DNA of 64,000 bases from the sequence record MW812339.1, one strand, 5' to 3'. Within the stretch, counting starts at the first letter, position 1. Every line of letters starts with the position of its first letter. Below, one piece after another: positions 47,677-54,933 of the stretch. A program made the translations under genes and the position numbers. The notes under the pieces are model-generated. The model did no database searches and had not been told where the DNA came from. It saw only the letters and a program-made list of their open reading frames with translations.

Positions 47677-48879
47677 ATGGCCGAAATTACTATTCAGTAC
47701 CCGTTAGACCTAACCGGTACACTGACGTCGAACGCCGTAACCCGGCGTGTCACGTTGGGGTCAGGTAAGGTTAACCGGGCATTTGCTTTCCCTGTCGGAG
47801 CGTTCTACGCGGATACCTTCCGCTTAGCAGCTTCGAATAAGCCGGGCGTCTATCCGTATAAACGCGGTGTCGACTACGAGCTTATCCTTGCGCACACTGC
47901 GTACCAGAAGATGACGAAGAACCGTGAAGTGGTAATGGGGGTCGTGGTAACGAACTCTGCCATCCCAACGGATATTGAAGTCTTTGCGCAGATTGTTGGT
48001 GGTCCACAGGCGGCAAACGTCGAAGGTATCCGTCAGCTGATTGCGTCACTGAAAATTGAAGACCGCACCGTCGACTTCAAAGATTTGCGCAATGTGCCGG
48101 ATACGTTCCCTGCGGCCCCGACCTATAAAGACCTTGGTGACATTTACGGTTTTGAATACATCATTACCGTGCTCTCCGGGATTATGGATGCCATCAACTC
48201 TGGCTCAGCGGTACAACTGGAACAGATTAAAGGTATCCTCGACGGATTGAAGAATGACTTCATGTCTGCCCTGAATGCGCACATCAATGCCGAAGGCAAC
48301 GTGCACAATCTGGACATTCATCAGGCCAACGGTTTAACCGAAACCGAAATCCGTGCGCTGATTCAAGGTGTACAGACTGCCATTGATGCCACGATTACGG
48401 ACATCAATAATCTGAAAGCAGCAGACACTGCTATAAATGGACGTATCGATGCGATTGTGGCCTCTTTGGCCGCGTGGAACGATCAGCTGAACTCGGTCGC
48501 GCAGAACTATCAGAAAGCGATGTTGGCTCTGGCTAACCTGAACTCTCTGGTGCTGCAGCTGCAGAAGCAAGTCAACGACATGCAATCTGCGCTTAACGAA
48601 ACGAACCAGCGCGTCGATGACCTGGAGAATCAGGGCAAAGACTTCCAACAGCAAATTGATGCCCTGAACACGCGAGTGACTAACTTGCAGACGCAGGTCA
48701 CGAACAACACCAATGCGATTTCCCAGGCGAACCAGAATTTGGCGAACCACGTCGCTGCGGATAACCCGCACCCGAACTATCTGCACAAGCGGTATGGTGG
48801 GGTGGTTCAGGCCGCTGTCCACGTCAACGCATCGCTCACGACGCGTGACGACGTACAGGCAGAAGCCGGTACTAAGTAA
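47677..48879 (+). CDS. Virion fibre-like protein with trimeric coiled coil
   Basis: YPLDLTG N-terminus shared with the family, about 100-aa Asn/Gln heptad coiled coil, C-terminal HVAADNPHPNYL...YGG fibre motif; start after AAGGAG. Confidence 0.75.
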   Translation: MAEITIQYPLDLTGTLTSNAVTRRVTLGSGKVNRAFAFPVGAFYADTFRLAASNKPGVYPYKRGVDYELILAHTAYQKMTKNREVVMGVVVTNSAIPTDIEVFAQIVGGPQAANVEGIRQLIASLKIEDRTVDFKDLRNVPDTFPAAPTYKDLGDIYGFEYIITVLSGIMDAINSGSAVQLEQIKGILDGLKNDFMSALNAHINAEGNVHNLDIHQANGLTETEIRALIQGVQTAIDATITDINNLKAADTAINGRIDAIVASLAAWNDQLNSVAQNYQKAMLALANLNSLVLQLQKQVNDMQSALNETNQRVDDLENQGKDFQQQIDALNTRVTNLQTQVTNNTNAISQANQNLANHVAADNPHPNYLHKRYGGVVQAAVHVNASLTTRDDVQAEAGTK

Positions 48880-48886
48880 TTTATTT

Positions 48887-48936
48887 ACGAGGAGAGTCAT
48901 GTTTATGGAACATGACTCCTCTCGTTCTTATTTTTT
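48887..48936 (+). promoter_or_regulatory. Long hairpin plus T-tract directly before first Cys-rich peptide gene
   Basis: ACGAGGAGAGTCATGTT-TATGG-AACATGACTCCTCTCGT then TCTTATTTTTT. Confidence 0.6.
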
Positions 48937-48947
48937 AAGGAAGCGTA

Positions 48948-49340
48948 ATGGCGATTTCTATCAAAGATATTCGTAACCGCTTGCAAGTCGTAGAAGCAAA
49001 TGTGGCAACGGGCCCACGTGTCGACGCTCAAGTCGCCACTAAAGCCTATAACGCCGCAGATAAATTTGCAGGATGGACGCCAGCGCAGCTCGATTGTGGA
49101 GGCACCTGTTCGTGGACATGTTCTAATGGCTGCTCGCACGGCTGTTCGAGCTGTTCCGGTTCCTGTTCGTCTTCTTGTATCGGTAGCTGTTCATCGACTT
49201 GTGGTGGTAACTGTTCTGGTTGCTCTGGTTGCTCCGGTGGGTGCAGTTCTTCGTGCACGGGTAACTGTTCCGGCGGCTGCGGTGGTTCCTGTTCATCTAA
49301 CTGCTCAGGGGCTTGCTCCGGCGGCTGCTCTGGACGCTAG
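48948..49340 (+). CDS. CXXX-repeat precursor-like peptide A (49-aa leader plus 81-aa core with 21 Cys)
   Basis: Core CGGT-CSWT-CSNG-CSHG-CSS-...-CSGR; AAGGAAG RBS; beside radical SAM genes. Confidence 0.85.
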   Translation: MAISIKDIRNRLQVVEANVATGPRVDAQVATKAYNAADKFAGWTPAQLDCGGTCSWTCSNGCSHGCSSCSGSCSSSCIGSCSSTCGGNCSGCSGCSGGCSSSCTGNCSGGCGGSCSSNCSGACSGGCSGR

Positions 49341-49349
49341 GGGGAATAA

Positions 49350-49751
49350 ATGGCAATTGGATTAAAAGAACTCAACTCCAGATTGGTTGCGGTAGACCAG
49401 GTTGCGTTCAAAACAACAACTGCGGTTCAAGCCTACATTCGGCCTAAGGCAACCAACAACTCTGATTTGTTTGGCGGTCAACCGCGTGCTCACTACGACT
49501 GCGGCGGGACGTGTTCGTTTAGCTGCTCAAGTTGTTCTGGGGGTTGTACGGGGTCAGCATCAGGCGGGTGTGGTTCAACGTGTTCAGCGAACTGCGTCTC
49601 TGGCTGTTCAACAGGCTGCTCAGGTTGTAGTTCGACGTGTTCTGGTGGTTGCTCAGGTGGTTGCTCAGGTAACTGCTCTAGTGGCTGCGGTGGGTCTTGC
49701 TCTTCCAACTGTTCTGGTTCGTGTTCAGGCGGATGCTCCGGCCCTATGTAA
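49350..49751 (+). CDS. CXXX-repeat precursor-like peptide B (50-aa leader plus 83-aa core with 20 Cys)
   Basis: Core CGGT-CSFS-CSS-CSGG-CTGS-ASGG-...-CSGPM; leader homologous to A. Confidence 0.85.
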   Translation: MAIGLKELNSRLVAVDQVAFKTTTAVQAYIRPKATNNSDLFGGQPRAHYDCGGTCSFSCSSCSGGCTGSASGGCGSTCSANCVSGCSTGCSGCSSTCSGGCSGGCSGNCSSGCGGSCSSNCSGSCSGGCSGPM

Positions 49752-49763
49752 TGGAGGTTACTC

Positions 49764-49970
49764 ATGATCAGTCTCAAAAACATTCGAGACCGTCTTGTTG
49801 CCGCCGAGAAGTACACTACTACTGCACAAGCAAATAGTTATATTGCTAACCAGGGGACGGTGTCTACCACTAACAACCTGGCGTCTTTACCTTTGTCCCA
49901 CTATAACTGTAACGGTGGGTGTAGTTGGTCGTGTAGCGGTAGCTGTAGTCACGGTGCAGGCAATCGATAA
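49764..49970 (+). CDS. Short CXXX precursor-like peptide C (48-aa leader plus 4 Cys)
   Basis: Core CNGG-CSWS-CSGS-CSHG-AGNR; GGAGG RBS; leader homologous to A and B. Confidence 0.8.
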   Translation: MISLKNIRDRLVAAEKYTTTAQANSYIANQGTVSTTNNLASLPLSHYNCNGGCSWSCSGSCSHGAGNR

Positions 49971-49997
49971 CGACGCATTAAAAGTTTGGAGTATGAA

Positions 49998-50885
49998 ATG
50001 AAGAACGATTTGCATCTTGCGTACAAAACCACTTTCAACCACCCACTTCATCTGTCTTCACCTGACTCAGTTCGAGCACACCTCGCAGACCAGGTTCGTC
50101 TTATTGCACAGATTCCCGGCGAGTGGCCGAAAGTGCGCGGGCGTTTTCTGACTAACCCGAATAACTACACTGTTGAAAATACGTTTAAGATCCGTGATAT
50201 GGAAGCCCACAACATCACTATCTTTAACGGTGACGGTAATTCGCGTGGCGTGTTGGTCGGCGGGAAATATTTCTTCAGTGAAGGGATTCTGAACAACAGT
50301 GTCGATTTGGAACTGATGTTCACTCCGTTTGATGAACTGGACTGTAAGCCGGTGGCTCGTCGTTGGTGGAGTCCGGACTACCTCGGGTCCTTCCCTTACT
50401 ACTTCGCGTTGGTCCCTGTTGAAACAGAAAATTATTTCGACACTGAGCCGTACATCGAAATCGAAGGGTATAAAGACCTGGACATTAACTGCTTAGCGGA
50501 CATGATGGCGTACAGCTACAAGTTCGTGTGGGATAAACGTCGCTCCGTCTGGTATGCATTAACTGACGCGCACGAAATCACCAAGCGTATCCGTAAACCG
50601 TGGATGCAGCATTTGGTGCAGACGCGTCACGGCGATTACCCGGCAACTGAAGCCGACTTAAGTAAGCTGGTAAGTTTCCTGCTGACGAAAGTTGAGCTGT
50701 CCGACGAAGAAGCGGAAGCAGTGTCCGAAATCCGTGCCCGTGCGGTGACTCTGGAAGACTTGAAACGTCTGAACGAACGTCAGTACGATTTGAATAAAAT
50801 TCTGGCTGCCTATCACTCGCCTATGCTGCTTGTGCCGGGGGCTAACGTAAACGACGATCCTTTATTCGCTATTGATTATATTTAA
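49998..50885 (+). CDS. Hypothetical protein within radical SAM cluster
   Basis: ATG at 49998 (MKNDLHL) spaced from GGAG; no recognised motif. Confidence 0.8.
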   Translation: MKNDLHLAYKTTFNHPLHLSSPDSVRAHLADQVRLIAQIPGEWPKVRGRFLTNPNNYTVENTFKIRDMEAHNITIFNGDGNSRGVLVGGKYFFSEGILNNSVDLELMFTPFDELDCKPVARRWWSPDYLGSFPYYFALVPVETENYFDTEPYIEIEGYKDLDINCLADMMAYSYKFVWDKRRSVWYALTDAHEITKRIRKPWMQHLVQTRHGDYPATEADLSKLVSFLLTKVELSDEEAEAVSEIRARAVTLEDLKRLNERQYDLNKILAAYHSPMLLVPGANVNDDPLFAIDYI

Positions 50886-50905
50886 AAATACTGGAGCAAC
50901 CTGCA

Positions 50906-51823
50906 ATGACAGACAAAGTAGAATCCAGGATCTCGTCTGAACTGTATGATAATCCGACAATCCTGTCGGTTGTCACAACTTCTAAGTGTAACTTAGATTG
51001 TAGCTTCTGTGGAGGAGCCTATTACATGGATCGCGAGGATACTTCTCGTGAATTTCAACGTAGCCAGATTATGGAGCAGTTAGAACAGAATCCTGGCATT
51101 CAAGAAATTCACTGGACGGGCGGTGAGCCTTTACTGGCACAGCGTAAAATCGAAGATTTCTTTTTCGAGCTTAAAGAAACCCACCCGCACCTCAAGCATC
51201 AGATGTACACCAACGGCTTAAAGATGCGTAAGTCGCACTTGCCGATGCTGAAACAGTTCGACGTAATTTTCGTGTCTATCGACGGCTACAAAAAGTCTGA
51301 ACGTCCGTTCATGAACTTTATTGACGGCGGTAACCACGAAGCGTTGGAAACGCTGTATGAGCTGGACAACTATTACAGTTGGGGTGTCATGACCCGTGAC
51401 CAGCTTGGTGACAAGCGTTGGTACGAGGACTTCATCGAGTTGCATCGTGCGCTGTATCACTACCGCCCAGGCGGGGTGTCGCTGCTGTTTGATGCGATGA
51501 TGCCTAAACCGCTCTCGCCAGACCACGTCATGAACTTTATGTATGGATACTGGAAGATTCTGGATAATATCGAACGCCTGAATATGCAGAATGGCACGGA
51601 GTGTGGCTTGGCTATCAGCAAAATGTTTGATACCGAGTGTAACATCTGCAGCGAAGTGTTGTGGCTAAACGCCGACGGCGCTATCGAGCAAAACCAAAAT
51701 GCTCCTGAGATTGTGAGTGTGGGTTGTAACCGTCTGGCTCGTTCTATCGGGGTAGAAGCGTACAACTACATCAATCGTGTCATTTCTGCTAAACGTCATC
51801 GGGCGGCTAATAATGAGCAATAA
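50906..51823 (+). CDS. Radical SAM protein with short C-terminal Cys segment
   Basis: CNLDCSFC (CX3CX2C), WTGGEPLL, YTNG, VSIDG; C-terminal CNIC and two further Cys. Confidence 0.9.
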   Translation: MTDKVESRISSELYDNPTILSVVTTSKCNLDCSFCGGAYYMDREDTSREFQRSQIMEQLEQNPGIQEIHWTGGEPLLAQRKIEDFFFELKETHPHLKHQMYTNGLKMRKSHLPMLKQFDVIFVSIDGYKKSERPFMNFIDGGNHEALETLYELDNYYSWGVMTRDQLGDKRWYEDFIELHRALYHYRPGGVSLLFDAMMPKPLSPDHVMNFMYGYWKILDNIERLNMQNGTECGLAISKMFDTECNICSEVLWLNADGAIEQNQNAPEIVSVGCNRLARSIGVEAYNYINRVISAKRHRAANNEQ

Positions 51824-53141
51824 TCAACCAATACAGTACACCCCACGTACCTATCAGGTCGTGACCAACCTGTCGTGCAACCTCGACTGCGAATATTGCT
51901 ACGAGCGTAAATACCCACGTAACAACAAAGCGGCGGATGTTATCGACTTTATCCATGCGTGTTTCGAGCGTGATAAAGATATCGAAAACGTGGAAGTCAT
52001 CATCGACATCATCGGTGGTGAGCCGTTCATGCAGCCGAAGCTGCTGATTGCCGCTTTCGAAACGGCGGAAGAGTTGTGTAAGATTCACAACCGTCCGTAT
52101 ATGTTCAGTATCTCGACTAACGGTACGCTGTTAGACCGTGCGCTGAACAAAGAAATCGTTGAGCGTTGGAAAGACAAACTGTCTATCGGCGTATCCATCG
52201 ATGGCCTGCCGGAAGTTCACGACAAATACCGCATCTTTACCACCACCCGTGAAGGCTCTTACGAGCAAGCGGTTCGTGGCTACAATTACCTGAAAGAAGT
52301 GGGTATTGCTGAACTGGGCGTGAAAGCAACCTTTACCATCGACACGCTGCCGCACTACGCCGCAAGTATGAAGTCGCTGATTGACATGTCTGGCGGTGGT
52401 ACCATCTCTGGTAACGTGACGTACGAAGACGTCCTGCCGCGTTCTATGGCGCTGGACATTGCTGCGCAGATGATGGACGTGATGGACTACTGGGTTGAGA
52501 AAGGCCTCCACACCAACCCACGTAACATCATTACCCACATCATTCCAGACGGCCTGGATTTCATGGAAATCTGGAACCCGGACTGGCGTGACAAACTGCT
52601 GCACGATGACACGGTGCGTTTGAACCCAGACCGCCTGCGTCCTTATTGCGGCACGTTAACTCACATGACCTGCCTGGGCTTCGACCGTAAGATTTACGGT
52701 TGTAACCGCTTCATGTCAACGGTAACGTCGCGCTCTGCGGTGTCTGAATTGGTTGGTCGCGAGTTCGTTAGTCTGGACGGCGGTGCACTGCTGGAAGAAA
52801 TCCAGACCCAGTACACCAACTACCCGGAAACCTGCCTGGGCTGCCCAATGAAACACAGTTGTGGTAGCTGCGCCGCTGCTTCTTACGAGAACGGCGAAGG
52901 GACACTGGAAGACCGTAAAGCGTATCACGCTGAACGTCGTCAGTGTGGCTGGACCACCGCGAAGCTGATGGCCGCGGAATATTGGTTCCAGAAAATGGGC
53001 AGTACCAAAGGCTCTGACTTCCACGATAAGTCAGTCTGTTATTGTGCTCGCTGCGTACGTCAACGCAAAGAAGCAAATATATTACAACAATCCGGAGTTC
53101 AGAATGAAGTCAATACTGATTCACAATTTTACGAAGCGTAA
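51813..53141 (+). CDS. Radical SAM/SPASM peptide maturase, CXXX-repeat target-like (TIGR04115-like)
   Basis: CNLDCEYC, IIGGEPF, ISTNGTLL, SIDGLPEVHDKYR; SPASM region YCG..C..IYGCNRF and CLGCPMKHSCGSC (CX2CX5CX2C), then QCGW..AEYWF; start MSNNQP at 51813. Confidence 0.88.
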   Translation: MSNNQPIQYTPRTYQVVTNLSCNLDCEYCYERKYPRNNKAADVIDFIHACFERDKDIENVEVIIDIIGGEPFMQPKLLIAAFETAEELCKIHNRPYMFSISTNGTLLDRALNKEIVERWKDKLSIGVSIDGLPEVHDKYRIFTTTREGSYEQAVRGYNYLKEVGIAELGVKATFTIDTLPHYAASMKSLIDMSGGGTISGNVTYEDVLPRSMALDIAAQMMDVMDYWVEKGLHTNPRNIITHIIPDGLDFMEIWNPDWRDKLLHDDTVRLNPDRLRPYCGTLTHMTCLGFDRKIYGCNRFMSTVTSRSAVSELVGREFVSLDGGALLEEIQTQYTNYPETCLGCPMKHSCGSCAAASYENGEGTLEDRKAYHAERRQCGWTTAKLMAAEYWFQKMGSTKGSDFHDKSVCYCARCVRQRKEANILQQSGVQNEVNTDSQFYEA

Positions 53142-53670
53142 GATGCATTTGGTTGACCGTTTCTTGCGTAAGAAGAAACTGTTCAACGTGCACGCTATCG
53201 TGTCCGGTGAAGACTTCACGGACGAGATTCACAGCCTGCTGATTAAGTACGGCTTGAATGTTATCATCCCTGTCAACTGTGTTGAGAAGGGACATGAATC
53301 AGTAGCGGAAATCGAGAAGCGCAACCCTGGCTTCGAAGCCCGTGTGTTGGCGTATCCGCGCCACAAAATCGAACTGCTTCGCCGTTCAGATATGGAAGGC
53401 AGTCCGGAGAGTATTATTGCGTTGGGGATGTCCTTCCCACGGTTGCGTATTCGTAACCTACGTAATACCACCCCGGTAGATTCCTACTACGCGGAACGTC
53501 AAATCTTCGAAGAACATCTGCTACCGCAGCTGGAACAAGAAGAGCAACACGACATTTCCGTACTGTGGGGTGACGACCTCGATCAGAGCTTCCAAATGCT
53601 GGACTTCGGTTTACTATTTGAACTTGGCCTGATTGAGGAGGACGAATGTCTACTGCTGGCAAAAGCCTAA
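53104..53670 (+). CDS. Hypothetical protein within radical SAM cluster
   Basis: ATG at 53104 after GGAG, overlapping SPASM gene end. Confidence 0.7.
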   Translation: MKSILIHNFTKRKMHLVDRFLRKKKLFNVHAIVSGEDFTDEIHSLLIKYGLNVIIPVNCVEKGHESVAEIEKRNPGFEARVLAYPRHKIELLRRSDMEGSPESIIALGMSFPRLRIRNLRNTTPVDSYYAERQIFEEHLLPQLEQEEQHDISVLWGDDLDQSFQMLDFGLLFELGLIEEDECLLLAKA

Positions 53671-54317
53671 CGAACGACGAAATTCGCGCACGTTACTTCC
53701 AACGCGATTTGCCGATTGACCGCCATGGTAATTTCATGGAACGTATTGGTGCACAAGACCAGGGCCGGACAGGCTTCTGTGCTCTGCTCCATTACCACCT
53801 GATTGAAGGGCTGTCCGACAAAGCGGCGTTAGAACGCATGAAGGCGTATGAGATGTCTACCATCGAAGCCAACTTCACGCTGAAACGTGCGAAAGAGTTT
53901 ATCTCTGACGTGCTGGAAATTGACCTGGACACGATGCGTACCAACATCAAGTCGACAGCGCGTTACATCTACGATGACGTGCAGAAGATGTTGTTGGAGG
54001 TGGATCGTCGTTACGAGAATGATCGTCATGCGTATATCGAATACGATGGCCATCACTATCAAGCCGATGAAGCATCACGCACCGCGCTCGGCCAGTACAT
54101 CCAGGCGAATCACGCCCCGGACTACTGGTTAGATACCCTTAACACGCAAATCGCACCGTTCTCAATTGAGCAGTGCCAGGCGTTGTTAGCGGCTATCATG
54201 AAGCGTGACCAGGACATGCACACAACGCTCGCTGAAACGAAACGTAAGATTCGTGTTCTGGCAGAGGCTCGCGACTTTACAGGCCTGAAAGCGTTGCAAG
54301 AAGAACTGGGCATGTAA
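53646..54317 (+). CDS. DUF4376 domain protein (tail-fibre-associated) with unknown N-terminal domain
   Basis: IEYDGHHYQADEASR...WLDTLNT...EQCQALLAAI...Q...KRKI pattern. Confidence 0.7.
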   Translation: MSTAGKSLTNDEIRARYFQRDLPIDRHGNFMERIGAQDQGRTGFCALLHYHLIEGLSDKAALERMKAYEMSTIEANFTLKRAKEFISDVLEIDLDTMRTNIKSTARYIYDDVQKMLLEVDRRYENDRHAYIEYDGHHYQADEASRTALGQYIQANHAPDYWLDTLNTQIAPFSIEQCQALLAAIMKRDQDMHTTLAETKRKIRVLAEARDFTGLKALQEELGM

Positions 54318-54321
54318 GCAC

Positions 54322-54373
54322 GAAAAATAAGAAAGTACCTCTCTACCCTAGGGTAGAGAGGCCTTTATTTTTT
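54322..54373. terminator. Bidirectional intrinsic terminator closing the radical SAM operon
   Basis: Perfect palindrome CCTCTCTACCCTAGGGTAGAGAGG (54338..54361) with A/T tracts. Confidence 0.85.
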
Positions 54374-54890
54374 AACTGAACCCATTCAGCTCGCCGTTTT
54401 TCCACTGGAGGTTATCTTTACCAGAGTAAACGCGCCACACATAGGCACCCGTCCATTTCAAATGGTTAGGGTTAATTTTCAGTTTGATATCACGGAACGG
54501 ACCGTCACCCACATCGGGCTGCATTTCGCCACGCGTGACTAACGCTTCTGCTGCATCGAGTTTGTAATTCGGCAACATCATGTTAATCAGATTCAGTACG
54601 TAGGCGTCGTCGTCCCAATGTACTTGAGCGTCGGTGGTTGCCGTTGAGTAGACGTCCTCACCTGGCGGGTTCGTGAAGCTGAAGCGGGTGAAATGGTACT
54701 CTTTCGTCCCTTTGAAGTTCGGGCTATCGTCTTTAGCAATCAACGTTAACGAACTATTGCGAGTATCACCTTCTCCGGTCGGTGTGTAAGGCGTCGGTTT
54801 GCCAACCACAACATCGCTCAGTGCCAAGTTCAAATCAGGATTCTTGGCATTTACCATGTCGATAAATACTTCTTGTAACGTCTTTGCCAT
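54372..54890 (-). CDS. Virion protein, GELxGF family paralog 1
   Basis: DTRNSSLTL...FKGTKEYHFTR; ends NGELNGFS. Confidence 0.75.
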   Translation of the reverse strand: MAKTLQEVFIDMVNAKNPDLNLALSDVVVGKPTPYTPTGEGDTRNSSLTLIAKDDSPNFKGTKEYHFTRFSFTNPPGEDVYSTATTDAQVHWDDDAYVLNLINMMLPNYKLDAAEALVTRGEMQPDVGDGPFRDIKLKINPNHLKWTGAYVWRVYSGKDNLQWKNGELNGFS

Positions 54891-54933
54891 ACGTACCTCA
54901 TACGAGTGTCGAATAGAATAGTCTAGTCAGCGC

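Noticed and set aside
49095-49745. Short nucleotide repeats (GGTTGCTC, TGTTCT) as a possible CRISPR array or microsatellite
   Set aside because: No constant repeat-spacer period; synonymous variation shows protein-level repetition.
49046-49816. Antisense Pro/Glu/Gln-repeat ORFs (49046..49258, 49493..49816) and alternative-frame ORFs over the Cys-rich genes
   Set aside because: They are reading-frame shadows of the TGT/TGC-TCN-GGN codon repeats; the plus-strand Cys frames have RBSs, homologous leaders and operon context.
48948-49970. Calling the Cys-rich peptides metallothioneins
   Set aside because: They lack the CC/CxC clusters and Lys content typical of metallothioneins, carry long conserved N-terminal segments and sit beside SPASM enzymes; metal binding remains possible but is not the supported call.
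50906-53141. Radical SAM genes as NrdG, QueE or MoaA-type metabolic enzymes
   Set aside because: No nrdD, que or moa genes nearby; lengths, SPASM Cys pattern and adjacent Cys-rich peptides fit peptide maturases better.
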